A stretch of 64,000 nt of DNA from Utricularia gibba (GCA_002189035.1 CM007990.1:5642001-5706000), one strand, 5' to 3'; counted from the stretch's first letter, positions 33,721 through 47,656 are shown. Translations and numbers: made by a program. Notes: a model not told the origin generated them from the letters alone.

Positions 33721-35404
33721 TTACAAAGACACAGATACCGCGAACTTGCCCAGGAATACGATAGCTACAGCGATGGGGAAGTACGTGAAGCTGCTGACTG
33801 AAGAGCACGCGGCGGAGGAGGAGGAGGAGCCGGAGATGCTCCCTGCAGGTGCACCCACCGGTGGGAATCCGATGGAATTCGACGAGGGTACCACTGAGCT
33901 CGGGTTTGTCTTAGTTGATGGGAAGCCACCTGGTTCGGATACTGGAGATGGCGCTGGAGAAAATTCTGTGTCTGGGAGTGTTGTGGGTGGAGCGATGAGT
34001 TGAGGAAATTGCTGCGCTCCTGCAAATAACTCATCAAAGTAGTGTTACAGAGAAGAACTATGTAGCAGAAGAAGCAAGCCATCTGGATAAACTGATCACC
34101 TGGGCATCGAGGTTGAAGGGAGGCTGAGAGCCTGTGGAAGAAAACAAGCAACAATGGGATTAAAAAGAAGGTGATCCATAGTCAACTTTTGTGGAGAATG
34201 AGTTGGATGAAATACGTAGTAGCAATAGTTCCATTGACAAAACCGCTGTAATTGCAAGAAGTCACATTGCATCCGCCGCTTGTTTGCTGTATGGTTTTGT
34301 TCCCTACCATGAGGTTGCTATTTCGACATTGCATACTCGAACAAGAGACTGCCAGTGCAGCAGGCATGCAATACAAGCTGCAGATGCCATTCCAAAAACC
34401 ATGGTAAGAGATGCGAAACACTGGTTCACTCGAAAACCTTTTTTACTTGCAAATTCTAGTGAACACTGGATCAGTTATGACAACACCCAGAACGCATAGG
34501 TATGTGGGTAACAGCGTACTTACTTCCGGCTGGCTGGTCCGCAGCTGCACTGCAGACAATGGCTTGCAGTGATGGCAAAGCTCCCATTAGGAACAACTAG
34601 TCCATAATCCGCTGAAGTTGGTAGGAAATTCGATGCGCAAGCTGAAAAAAAGAACAGCATTTGTGTTGTGAACCAGTGAGATCGTGAAGAAATATACTAT
34701 GCAACACAAGATGAATCGGTGATATTTGGCCTACCGGACAGGGGGATGGAGAGAATATCTTCTTCCTCAATCTCGACGCTACCCAGAGAGTTAACATTCA
34801 TCAGATCACTCACAGTAGTAGCATACCTACCAGCAATGGCGGCCAACGTGTCAACATTTCTCACAACATATGACAAGTAAACCGCCGGCAAATTGTTGTC
34901 GCTGTTGTTAAAACAAGTACAGTGCAACGGAATGTTGAGTTGGGTGGCAACAGGGATAACAGAAGGATCCGAGAGCTGAGCCCTAGGGTTAGCTTCTTTA
35001 ATCTGGTCGGCTGACACAAGGCCGCCGTACACGGCGGAGGAAATCGAGACTAGGGTATCGGAGGGGCGGGTTTTGTAAGTAACGGAGCTGGATTTACGGA
35101 TTCCGTCGACGCAAGAACAGGAAATGGGGATCTTGACGAAGAGCTGGGAAGGGAGGATGTGGTTCTCAACGTCAGGGTAAGAAATGTCGATTCCGTTCGC
35201 AAGGAGGAGAGAAATGGGGTCAACCGAGAAAAGGGCCGCGACTTCGGACACTTTCAGGTCAGTGTAAAGCGTATATCCGACGAGGGCGGAGCAGGCTCCG
35301 GAGTTGGAGCAGGGTTCAATGGTGGACTTGGTGGCTGCCCGTTGGAAGAGCACGGTGACAGAAACGACGAGAATGAGAACGGAAAGCCGCTGCCACAGTG
35401 CCAT
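33721..35404 (-). CDS. LYM1: LysM-domain GPI-anchored protein, LYM1/LYM3 type
   Basis: Signal peptide, KSTIEPC, CSCVDGIRKS (CxC), YKTRPSDTL, YLSYVV..DTLAAIAGRY.TT..DLMNVN. Five in-phase exons, Pro/Ser-rich stalk and hydrophobic GPI tail; TAA at 33721-33723. Confidence 0.93.
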
Positions 35405-35866
35405 CTCCGACGAAGAGAAGAGAGTAAAGACAAGAGCTTGGAAAGTTGGCTCGTCAGAAGAAAGGCAGAGAGTGAGGAGGACCCGCCAGCAGGCGAGGAT
35501 TGGTGAGGGGCAAAAAGGCAAAGAGACGTTTGAACATAAATCTGAATTTATTTTATTTACACACCTGGTCCCCAGTCTTGTGCCTAAACCCAAACCAGTT
35601 AATGCACTTTCACATTTACCGTTTTCCTCAAACATTTCATACATCAAATCATTCTGCTACTTTGCTAAATCTCACCTTTTCCTTTTCAAAAATATGCACA
35701 AAGATTCCAAGGGAAAAAATCTCCCCTTGGAGAATGATGTTCAAGATGAGTTATTGACAGGGGGTGGGGGGGCCTGCAGACTGATCATGAAAGAATCAGT
35801 GATGGTGTGAGAAGAGCAGAACAGAAAAAATTTAGCTTCAGCAGGTTTGTTCTTTGATGATGATGA

Positions 35867-38253
35867 TTAGTTGAATTCTTCTTGCTCCATTGAATCTCTC
35901 CATAGCCTATATCTTACACCAAGCTTATCATAAGTTACTGGTAAGTTCCACACGTTTGCGCCGTTGATCATCCTCTCCTGTTGCCCAGAACAAGCCTGAG
36001 ATCCTCGTTCAAGACCTGTTACATGGAAGCAGCAGATAAGGTCAGATCTGGTAAATGGTTTGATTGAATGCTGGTTTTGCTTTGTTTGTTGTTACCTGTT
36101 CTGCAAAGTGTCTCCACAGATTCTGCATGAAGGGGATGTGTTTCAATATCGGGGCAAAATCAAGGGACATTCTGTAGAGCAGCCTTGTTTTCTTTCTTGA
36201 TGAAGGTAAGCAGACATGAAGCTGATGAAGATGCGTGGAGCATTCTCTTGTGCTTTGACCTTGAAGCTTTCCAGGCTTCGAGATTCCGATGGTTGAAATT
36301 ACAGCACATGGTGGCCGAAACTCCATGTCTATGGGGTATGGATCCCAGTACCCTTCTAGCTTGGCTGCTGGCGTAAAAAATTTAACCAAGCTGAGAATGC
36401 AAAAAAAAAAAGACCAGAAGAAATTAGCACTGAGTTATGCTGTTTCAATGAAGCGAACACATAGTAACAGTTGAGCAACTTTCCAACCTTGGAACAGGCC
36501 ATCCCTTGGCAAAAGTGGATGTATGTGTGAAGGGAGCATGTGCAAGATCTAAAAGGTTGTCGAGGAGCAATCCGTACTCAACAGGAAGTTCCATCACAAT
36601 CTGAGAAATTGGGATAAATGTAAAATTTTGTGTAACCTCTTTGAATACAGGTTTAACTAGATGACACAAATTTATCAATAAGATTACTTACCTCAGCATG
36701 TACTTGAAAACCTGGAGGTGGTAGTAAAGAAGGAATGGATGGTGTAGGAGGAGTATCTCCAGGCCAAATCCAGATGAAGCCTTCTTGCTCAAGGCAGGGG
36801 ATTGATCTGATCCTCACATCAAGGAATCTAGTTGATGGCATTTTCTGGCATTTCCCATCAGTTGAGTACTCCCATCCTGCGTAAACCAACATTAGGGGAA
36901 GGAACATCTTTGTAAATCTCATGAGATTCCAGAATCTAACCATGGTAGGGACATTGGATTTGGCCATCCTTGACAGATCCAAGAGAAAGTGGGCAAGCAC
37001 GATGAGCACAAGTATCCTGTACGCAGCCAGGTTTCCCATCTTTACCACGGAATAAAACCCAAGGTTCCTCGAAGCACTCTATTGGGACCTGAACAAATGA
37101 ACATAATAAACACCTAAAGAGGAGCTGAAATGCCGCAAGGGGATAGCCATACTTACCATGGTGTCATCTTTGAGGTCTGAAGAGAATGTGACCGGATACC
37201 AGAAATTCTTTATCCTGGGATTGTATGGCTTGATGGCACCCGAAACGTTGAGGTTTCTCCTAGAGTTGCCACTCTTCCTAGAAGAGATAGATTCTTTTGA
37301 AGTGCTTGGAGAAGGGATTGCTGCATCAGATTCGGTGTTCCTTTCTTGCAGTATCTTATCATTCACCAATGTCTCCATGTAAGCTAGCCTGTCCAAGGCC
37401 GTGGAAACTCTTACTTCTGAAATGTGCACCTGCATATTTTTGGGAAACCAACTAGTTCAGATCAGGATCTAACAGCAAAATAAACAATCATGGAACTCAA
37501 AACGAAATGAAATGCTACTAGAACAAACCAAGTCTTAATAAATCCCTAAACAATTCTTTCAATGTGGGATGTATCGAAAAGCACCCTGTACAATGGGGTC
37601 CAACTTCTTCAAAATCACAAACTGTATACGTAAGAGTGAACTACCTGATTGTGAGCTTGAGCTAGTTCTCCTTGTAACTCTGCAAGTTCCCTTTTAAGAG
37701 TTCCAATGGATTTGAACTCACGAGCTAGTGGATTCAACACATCCACCACCTAAAGAGAAATAAACTCGAGCAATTATTCTCAGAATGAAAATGCAACAAC
37801 CCACAAAAGGATTTAAAAGTGAACAAAGAGACCAAATCACCTTGTCGTGAAGAAGCATGATCATGAGAACATCTTGACGAGCTTTCCAATCACAGTACTC
37901 CAAATCCAACCGAGCCACCGCCAACGCTTGATCAATAGACGAGATCTTTGATTTATCCTGAGGGATTTTTGACCGTGGATCTTCCACTTCAAAAAGAGTT
38001 GTCCATGGATATTTTCTTCCCTCGGAAGCTCCTCCTTGCTCAATCAAAGCAACCACTTTGAATCTCAAACCACTTTTTGCTTCCTGTCTCAAAACAACAA
38101 CAACAAAATTATACGAAGAGCAACAAAAAAGAAAACAGCGAATAAACACCAAGATTCTTGAAAAACAACAAGTACCCGTCTCTTGAAAAGCTTAGACGAA
38201 CGAGTAAAAGAGATCGGCAGCGTAAGTGCAGCAGCAGTGGCAATGGCGGACAT
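35867..38253 (-). CDS. CAO: Chlorophyllide a oxygenase; apparent 1-bp frameshift in last exon at 35984-35986
   Basis: Transit peptide [16 protein letters not shown]; A-domain [10 protein letters not shown]; KNFWYPV; Rieske [14 protein letters not shown]; iron site [17 protein letters not shown]; tail [11 protein letters not shown](Q)[15 protein letters not shown] after adding one base. Confidence 0.95.
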
Positions 38254-38356
38254 GGTAGGATAGATATTTTCGGGTCCGCCCGGATAAAAAGACGGGTTGA
38301 CGGGGAGCTACAAGAGAGAGCAGAGCAGAAAATCAGTGAAATTAGACAATTTTGGT

Positions 38357-38444
38357 GATAAGAGGCTGGAGCTTGCGCTATCTCGGCTGACCTCCCACAC
38401 ATTGCCACGTGGAACATGTTGCAGATTGCTTCATTTCCCACGTG
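38357..38444. promoter_or_regulatory. Light-responsive module upstream of CAO: I-box plus two G-boxes
   Basis: GATAAG at 38357-38362; CACGTG at 38406-38411 and 38439-38444. All lie 100-190 bp upstream of the CAO ATG. Confidence 0.6.
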
Positions 38445-38869
38445 GCTGCCTCCTCCTCCACAATATTTGTCCCACAGTTTCTAAATCAGCAGCACCCCTA
38501 GTTTTTTGTTTACTTGTTGAATAATTAATTCCAAAATTCTAAAAAAAAACACTTTCCATTATTATTGCAACCGAGCATGTTCAAATCTTACAAGCAATTC
38601 AATGAAGACAAAGATTGAACAAAACCCTAAATGAGTAGATCCTCTCTCATTTCCCCTGCCCTCTCCATTCCTGGTGTCCAGTCCATGTGAACAAGTTCAA
38701 ATATGAGCACACTGAGCTATCTACAAATGTTCTCATCAGATTTCAGAAACAAGTATCTGCAGAAATGGTACAGTGCACTATGATAAAAGGGATGATCCTT
38801 TGCAGTCAGCACAGCATCAAATCATATCCGTAGATGAATAAAAAAACAAGATCAAAATGTATTCTGATT

Positions 38870-40026
38870 TCAGAAAAGCCAATGAAGACTTATGTTCCCC
38901 AGCCAGATGATCAGAGGAAACTGAGCAACGGCAATGATAAGTAGAAGATAATGGTGTCTGGTTGAGTCAAAACTCCTAGCTTCCGCAAAGAGAACTCGCT
39001 TCATTGTTTTCACCAGGAAAATTGCCATGCACAAGCATGCCCATGCCAGGAGGAAGTAGTAGGAATAGCCCCAAAACAGCTTCCCCAGGACGGCTAGAGA
39101 CAGCACAAAAAACGTGTAACCTGAATATGCTACAATGTCCAGTAAGGGAGCCTCCCCGCTGCCTAATGACATCAATGTCATCTTTAGTAAAGAAGCTTGG
39201 AAACACCAACCGAGAAGGCCCTTGAGAAATACCAAGTGCAAAACTTCTGGTCGGAACCTGGCATGGAACAGAACGGTATTTGCCAAGTCAACATGATAAT
39301 ACTATCCTCAAAACGAACAATATTTGATGGATCCAAAAAAGGAGTTTTTCCACGACAAACCGACTCACTTTCCATTAAAACCTAATGCCATGCCAGCTAT
39401 AAGGATGTAGGTTGCAAATGACATGAGTGGAATGTACAGATCCGGAGCATTTATATCATAAACAGGGGGCTTGTAAGAAAGCCTTCCACCAACAGGCTCA
39501 CTGATTCTGGTCCAGTGGCCCTGAAACGTAGTGGAAATGCAACGATCAAGACTTGAGTAAAAATGGAAAATGGTAACTATGAAACCAATCAAACCCTTAC
39601 CCTGTGAAAGAACGGAAAAAGAATAACCTTCAATTTGTTCCTGACATACTGATCATTGACTTGAAAATAATACTGAGGATTGGACAAGTATCTGGTTATC
39701 TGTTCCAAAAAATAAGACAGATTACACAAAAAATAAAAAACCCGAGCCAGGCATAAGTTTCAAGGTTATAGCTTCTTCACCACTAATCTACAATTTAGCA
39801 TTGAAAAACAATCATGAACTGGTAGCTTGCCTAAACTTAGAGGGAGGCTCCAGAAACAACTTACATTACTTTGAACATATTCAGAACTGGATCCAAATAT
39901 TTTCTCCCCATATGCACCCAGCCCACTTCGAACAAACCCGGAACTTGCACCAGAAAATGCGCTCGCAAAATGATTCGGTTGCAGATTAGGCGGCACCCCT
40001 GGGCGTTCTAAATGATTTTCATACAT
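38870..40026 (-). CDS. YIF1: YIF1/HRF1 family ER-Golgi transport protein, 4 exons
   Basis: [79 protein letters not shown]. Confidence 0.93.
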
Positions 40027-40922
40027 TCTGCCCTAGATCAGAAAAAACTGAAAAAAAGAAATTTTAGTTCCCGAATTAAGCAAGGTAAGTCAAAATCCAA
40101 AACACAAAATTCAGCGACCAAAAACCCTACAACTATCCAGATGAACTACACGAACATAAGAGAAATCTAAACGAAGAAATAACCGTACGACTTACTTTCT
40201 CCGAAACAATAATGCAGACACCGACTACCAAACAGAATCCGCCCTGCGCTACAATTGCACAGAGATCCAACCCAGGTAAGTTGCTGAGCACAAATCGTGA
40301 GAATAATTTTCACCAAAATCAACAGAAAAAAAAAACCAGAAAGACGCCGATAACCGAACCGGGGACAGCCGGAGAACCTTCCGCCCGCGGTGGCGGTGAC
40401 GATAAATAGTCCCGGACAAAAATGATGGGCTGGTGGGCATTTTGTTAATTCAGGCCCACAACGACAAAGCATGGGCCCAGTCCACAACAATCTTCCCTTG
40501 AAACACCTGTATTCTAAAATTATTATTTTTGTATAATAAATTCAAACAAAAAAGAAAAGACAAGGCAAAATTTGAATTTTCAATTTACGGAAAATCACTG
40601 TAATTGAATTTTGAAATAAATTAATAATAATTTCCCAACCCCAAATTGGAGGCTGGCTGGCTCGCTCGCCCTCTCTGCTCCGTCGGTTTGTGGAGCGAGA
40701 GACTGAGTAGACTTGTAGAGGGAGAAAGCCTCCACGATTTTCTGGTGCTTCCCCATCTCTCTTTCTCTCTCTCTCACGCACTCAACGCACACACCGACCC
40801 AATTTCACAGACCGTAATCTCCACCTCGGCACTTCACCCAGACCCCACAAATCTCTCATTTCCTTAAACCTCAATACCCCATACCCGCCACAAAATCTCT
40901 ATTTGATTTTGCTTTCAGAAAA

Positions 40923-43900
40923 ATGCCAGCTTCCTCCGCAGGTTACTGCTTACTTCATACCCCTTTTTTCTGATTTTTGTGTTTTTGGTTCGAGATTGGT
41001 AATGGGTAGTGGTTTTCTTTTGTGGGTGCGTTCGGATTGATGAATTTGTCGTATTTGAGGACGATCTGGGGCAGGGGTTGTTGTGAATCCTGCCTCATTT
41101 ACCGTTTTGTAGAATTTTGTGTTTTGTTTTCATGCACTCCGTATGGATTTGATGGTTGAGAAGAAAATCTGTAGTTGTTTGCATACCATTGCCCCCTTGT
41201 GTTGTTTGTTTGGGAACTTGTGGACCCGCTTGTCATGTTTCACAATTAGGTTCCTGTATACTGATATTTAGCTCGTCCACTGTCAGCATCGCTGTCTGTG
41301 ACATAAATTTTACTTTTCCATGTGTTCCTCGTTGCAAGAATATCGAATAGAGCTGCGTGTCTTCTAGAATGCTAATTGCAGCGTAGATGATTTAGCTGAT
41401 TACCATTTTATGTTTATTGCTTGTGCTATGAAGAGATGAGGGCCAGGTGGAGGAAGCGGAAAAGGGATCAGCTGGCTCGTAAATCAAAACTTAAGGAACA
41501 AGAGACTGAGGAGGCACTTGAGGACAATGAGGATGATGATGATCCTGATCTTGATCCGCCACATAACAATCATGAAGGGAGGATGATCCACGGAATCACA
41601 ACATGCACAAGATAGGTCAACTAAAAGCAGAGAAAGAGGGTGAAAAGGTTAATGGAGGATCCAAAATTTGTGAGTTTCCTGTTGCTATTCGGAGGGAGGT
41701 AACTAGACACCACTCTTCAGTGCTTCAAATAGTGGAAGCTGAGAGGGCTGCACACTATGGTAATAGCAGGAGCATCGGGCAGAATGGATTGCCAGTATTA
41801 GAGAATATCTCTTTTGGCCAACTCCAGGCACTTTCTGTTGTGCCTCGTGACAGTCCTGGACTTATAGCCATTTCTGCTGATGAGACTAGCGGGATAGGTT
41901 CATATGTGATAGGACCACCGAGGATAATTGCTGGGCGTGGATTCACTAAAAAACTGGGAAGTGCTGGCCGTGTTCATGTCATGCCCGTGCATTCAGGTTG
42001 CTTCATCTTTGTCCTCAAACTTTTGCAACCACATCCTTACTTTCTCAAGGTTCATTTCTTTAACTAGGTGAATAAAATGCACATGTTATGGTTATGGCAA
42101 GTGGAATGGCAACATGAGTGTGCAGGTTAACTTGTCATGCTAAAGATCGTAGTTTTTACATGGAACCGTTAGAGCAACCTTATGTTAATTAAAAATCCCA
42201 TATGTGTAATATATCACTCTTATCAACATAATTTCAAAGTACGAATCCCTGTGTGCATTGATATATCCTAGAACTGTATTTCAGTTACCTGGCAGTGATA
42301 AAAAAGTAGTTGTTGAATCTGAATTCCATAGTTCAATCAGATTTGGTTTCCTTTATTTCTCATTTTGCTTATGTGGTTTTGACTTCTGCCTGATTTTTTT
42401 CCAAAACCAAAAAATAATGAGCAGAGTGGTTCTCACCAAATTCGGTGCATAGATTGGAACGACAAGTTGTACCACATGTTTTCTTAGGGAGTTCAAATGA
42501 CCACACTCCTGAAAAGTACATGGAGTGTCGAAATTTCATTGTGGCAAAGTACATGGAGAATCCAGAGAAGCATTTTTCGGTTGCTGATTGCCAGGGGCTA
42601 GTGGATGGTTTTGATTATGATGATCTAACTCGAATAGTGCGATTTCTAGACCATTGGGGAATTATTAACTATTGTGCTAGCAGCCCTAAGGAGGAGGTCA
42701 TGAAGGATGGAACCTACATTTCCGAGGATTTAAATGGTGAACTTCATGTCCCATCAGCGGCGTTGAAATCCATAGATAGCTTAATCAAGTTTGACAAGCC
42801 AAAATGTAAGCTCAAGCCAGGCGATGTTTATCCTGAACTTACACGCCATGATGAGGATATTGACATTGACAACACTATTAGGGAGCATTTATCTGACCAT
42901 CTATGCAGCTGTTGTTCTAAATCTATTCCAACCCTGTATTATCAATCTCAGAGAGAGGTAATTGTGGATTTCAAGTTCTATCCTTATTTTCCCACCTTTT
43001 ACCTTTTGAAGGTTTATTTGAATTTCATTTTAACTTGCTTCTGTAATACTTGTGGCAGGTTGATGTTCGTTTGTGTTCCGATTGTTTTCATGAAGGAAAA
43101 TTTGTTGTTGGTCATTCTAGCCTCGATTTCGTGAAGGAAAACTCCATTCGAGATTATGTAGATACAGATGGGGATAATTGGAGTGACCAGGAGACATTAT
43201 TGCTCCTCGAAGGGATGCAACTATACAATGAAAATTGGAGCAAAATTGCAGAGCACGTTGGCTCGAAGTCAAAAGCACAATGCATCCTTCATTTTGTCCG
43301 GATTCCCCTAGAATGCATTCCATTGAATGATATTGACACACCATGCACATCTGGTTCAGTGAGCCACGAAATGGACAGAAGATCTGAATTAGAAAATGGT
43401 TGACATTGTTGTGTTTACTTGTTTTCGCTATGTTTCAATTAAGTTCAATAATTTTAGTTTTACGCTGTGTCTATGACGCAGATTTCAGCTGGTATGGTGA
43501 GGACAATGAAAGCGGCTTTCCTTTCCTAAATTCTGAAAATCCAGTTATGCATCTGGTATTGTTTCCAGAACTCACCTTTTCTTTTGGAACAAAATTAAAG
43601 TTATATCTCCTTGTTGTCCCCTCTCTCATCCCATTTTTAGCTGGATACACTTTATTTTCCTGTAATCCTGTTCTTGTTCCATTTAAAAGCTCCCAGGCTG
43701 TTTTTTTTTTTTTTCATTTCTGATGTTCTGGTTTTTAACATTTATGTCCATACAGTAATGAACTCCGGTGTTGACAGGTAGCTTTTCTCTCATCTGCTCT
43801 GGGTCCTAGAGTGGCTGCTGCATGTGCACATGCATCATTGGCTTCATTATCCAAAGATTGTGGAAGGGAGGAGAGTCCTGTAGGGGAGATGAATTCTATG

Positions 43901-44895
43901 AACAAAGGTACATTGTTCTGTTTTCTAGATATTGTTTGACTTTCTTTAACTTTTCTCATGATAATACTTATCGCTCGTGCTAGGACCTTGGAGCCAAGGT
44001 GAGGCTAATGGCCTCTCTCTAACACCTGAAAAAGTGAGGGCAGCAGCTAAAGATGGCCTTGCTGCTGCTGCAATGAAGGCAAAACTTTTTGCAGATCACG
44101 AGGAACGTGAGATCCAGCGATTATCTGCTAATATTGTAAATAATCAGGTATTAAACATGTTGTTTTCTTGCTTTACAGCCTTGAAAGAAGTTGCTTCTAA
44201 CTGAAACATTGAAAATCTGTTATTTTACGCATCTCTACCAACCTAAACTCTTTTACAGCGCCAATGCAGCATTTGCGTAGTCTGTACTTCGCACCTCTTC
44301 AAGCTTTTCTTTCCTTTTATTTTCATATCCTTCTAATTTATCCATGCGTTATCCTAGGACTTGGTTCAGATGACTTTGTTTTGATGCTCATGCCTTTTCC
44401 CTGATGTTTCAGTTGAAGAGATTAGAACTGAAGCTGAAGCAGTTTGCAGAGGTTGAGACCTTGCTCATGAGAGAATGCGAGCAGATGGAAAGGACAAGGC
44501 AGAGGATTGCTGCTGAGCGAGCTACCATGATGTCTTCACAGTTTGGATCTCCAGGAGCATCTAGATTAATGTCTCTCCCGGGAACCAGCAACCCCATCGC
44601 AAATAATACCATCGGAAACAGTAGGCAACAGCAACAACAACAGCAGCAGCAGCAGCAAATTCTTTCTTCTCAGCAGCACTTTGCTTCTGGTTATGACAAT
44701 AACCAGCCCATGTACCCTCACATGTCCCTGATGCAACAGCAACAGGGCTTATATGGTCTCGGTCCAAGACCACCCTTATCAGCTTTACGACCTTCTGCAA
44801 GTCCCGCCATGTTCACTCCGACTTCAAACATGCAGCCTCCTCTGGGTCCTTCCATGCTGAGACCCTTGTCAGGTTCGAAATCTGGTCTCGGTTAG
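40923..44895 (+). CDS. SWI3C: SWI/SNF complex subunit SWI3C; apparent 1-bp frameshift at 41577-41579
   Basis: 19-nt first coding exon MPASSA, then RWRKRKR, LENISFGQLQALS, SWIRM (VHRLERQVVPH..FLDHWGIINY), SANT (WSDQETLLLLEG..SKSKAQCILHF), and AAAMKAKLFADHEEREIQRL..LKRLELKLKQFAEVE. Confidence 0.95.
44626..44658 (+). repeat. CAG/CAA repeat encoding Q11 in the SWI3C tail
   Basis: CAA CAG CAA CAA CAA (CAG)5 CAA. Confidence 0.95.
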
Positions 44896-45773
44896 TATGT
44901 TTGAATTCCTTTGTTTTGAGTGTGTGGAAGGAGCTGAGATTGAACGGAGTTGGTTGAGCGCCGGTCGGCTGTTTAGTTGTTTAGTGTCAAGATTTGGAAT
45001 AGGTGTGATGGTTAGATGAGAAAAAGGATATGGCGTTTCATGACTGCATTCTTGATATGTACAGATGACCAGAAGCCCCATGGCTCTCTTCTTGAGACTT
45101 GAACAAATGAAATTCATTGCATGCCTTGCCTTCATGTTTCTGTGTGCCCCCACATCCCATGCTTTGATCAAGGGGAAGAAGACGAGGACATGAACGTCAT
45201 TTCCCAAAGAAAAGGTCACGTGGGGCTATTCACTAGGGACCTAAATACCCATTCACCGGTTAAAACTTGTAGTTTTATAAAAATAAAGATATTTTTAAAT
45301 TTCTATTTTTTAGTATTTGATAATAGCATTATTTGTTTTTAATAGAGGAATCTATTTGAAATGGATCCTTAATATCAATTTAAAAAAAATGGATTAAATT
45401 AGGATTAAATTAATAAAATAAACCCTAAAAAGGCAAATCAACTTCCTATTTTTGGATAAAATGATTTTCTAGGAAAGAAAATCAAAATTTAACGGTGAAG
45501 AATCCGAAAGCCAGCTTCTTAGGACGGCATGGAGAGTCCACGTGTCAAAGAGGGATACAACGCGTCGGACTCTTCTTCTGCACAGTCCGAAGTCGGAACT
45601 TCTCCTTCGGCCTTCGACTGTCTATATATATCCAACACCCCACGCACTCTGTTACTTCTGAGACACGAACCGGGGAACTGGCTCTGCTTCCACCCCCGCT
45701 TCTTAGTTTGCTTCCGCCGCTTGCATTCATTTTCTCGTTGTCCGTCGCCATTAAATGCTCTGCTTCTTGAAAG

Positions 45774-47656
45774 ATGAGTAAGCTTGGGAACTTGAAGAAG
45801 GACGACCATGCTTTCGCGTTCCAGATTTCCGGCGAATTCCCGCCGCAGGACGTCGGGGAGACGCATGATGATGATGAACGCCCCAAAAGGACTGGTACCT
45901 GTGCTGTGTTGTCCATTTTATTACCTTTCCAGCCTCTGTTTTCAACCTTCTCCGGTGCCCGTAACTTCATTACTGCCTACAAAAAGAGTCTTTCTTATAC
46001 TTCGTGACAGACAGATGTTGTTGGTTTCACAGGAACTGTGTGGACTGCGAGTGCGCATATTATAACTGCTGTGATTGGTTCTGGGTTCTGTCTCTGGCTT
46101 GGGCGACGGCGCAGCTGGGATGGATCGCAGGGCCAGCAGTGATGCTCTTGTTCTCATTTGTGACTTATTACACTTCTGCACTTCTTGCCATGTGTTACCG
46201 GACAGGGGATCCTCATTCCGGCAGCCGAAACTACACTTACATGGACGCTGTCCGTTCCAACTTGGGTACTCTCCTCTTTCTGTTCCCCTTCTTCTGCTGT
46301 AACAGTTCCACCTCAGTCGAGACTTGAGTTTTTTTAGGTGGCCTTCATGTTAAGTTCTGTGGGGCGATGCAATATCTCAATCTTTTTGGAGTTGCTGTCG
46401 GCTACACCATTGCCTCGTCGATAAGCATGATGTGAGTGCATCTGATGCTGATGTATATGATGTGTTTTTTATCCTGAACCTGGGTACCTGAAACAGGGCA
46501 ATTGAGAAGTCAAACTGCTACCATGGCAAGGGGGGTGACAGCCCCTGTAAAGTGTCGAGCAATCCTTACATGATCACCTTTGGAGCAGTGGAGGTGATTC
46601 TCTCGCAAATCCCTGACTTTGATCAGATTTGGTGGCTTTCGATTGTTGCTGCAGTTATGTCATTCACGTACTCAACCATTGGCTTGGGACTTGGGATAGC
46701 AAAAGTTGCTGGTATGCACAAACTGTTATTCTTCTTCAGTTCCATCTTTTTTTCTGGTCTTTTTTTTCTGATTCTGTTTTCATCTTCACAGAAAATGGAA
46801 GTGTCAAGGGGAGTCTCACTGGTGTGACCATTGGTACCATCACTGAAGCACAGAAGATATGGAGAAGCTTCCAAGCTCTTGGAGCCATGGCCTTTGCCTA
46901 TTCTTACTCCATGATTCTCATTGAAATCCAGGTACCTGCATCAATTTGTTGAGGGGATGTTATGGGAGTTTTTGTTTTGTTTGTAAAGTTATGAAACATA
47001 CACAGGATACTATCAAATCACCTCCATCAGAGTACAAAACCATGAAGAAAGCAAGCCTTCTGAGTGTTGCAGTAACAACAGTATTCTACCTGCTGTGTGG
47101 TTGCTTCGGCTATGCAGCGTTTGGAGATAACTCTCCCGGAAACCTCCTGACCGGATTTGGCTTCTACAACCCTTTCTGGCTCATAGACATCGCCAATGTT
47201 GCCATTGTGATCCATCTGATGGGTGCCTACCAGGTTTACAGTCAACCCCTTTTCGCCTTTGTGGAACAAACTGTCACCAAACAGTTCCCAGAAAGCAAAC
47301 TGACTAACCAGGTGATCAACATCCCAATCCCCTGCTCCACACCATACAAGCTCAACCTGTTTAGGCTGATTTGGAGGTCAATTTTCGTGATCACAACAAC
47401 CTTGATCTCCATGCTGATGCCTTTCTTCACCGATGTGGTTGGCATTCTCGGTGCAATCGGGTTCTGGCCGCTTACGGTGTACTTTCCGGTGGAGATGTTC
47501 ATCAAACAAAAAGAGATTCAAAAGTGGAGTGGGAAGTGGATCTGCTTACAGGTTCTGAGCATGGCTTGCTTGGTCATCTCAGTTGCAGCTGCTGCTGGTT
47601 CATTCGCTGGAGTTGTGTCTGATCTTAAGGTATACAAGCCTTTCAAACCCACCTGA
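45774..47656 (+). CDS. AAP: Amino acid permease (AAP family); apparent 1-bp frameshift at 46083-46085
   Basis: DDDERPKRTGTVWTASAHIITAVIGSG(V)LSLAWATAQLGW, RNYTYMDAVRSNLG, LSQIPDFDQIWWLS, FAYSYS.ILIEIQDT, PGNLLTGFGFY.P.WL, FWPLTVYFPVEM. Confidence 0.94.

Noticed and set aside
33704-34003. 99-aa plus-strand acidic ORF
   Set aside because: Antisense to the Ser/Pro-rich last exon of LYM1.
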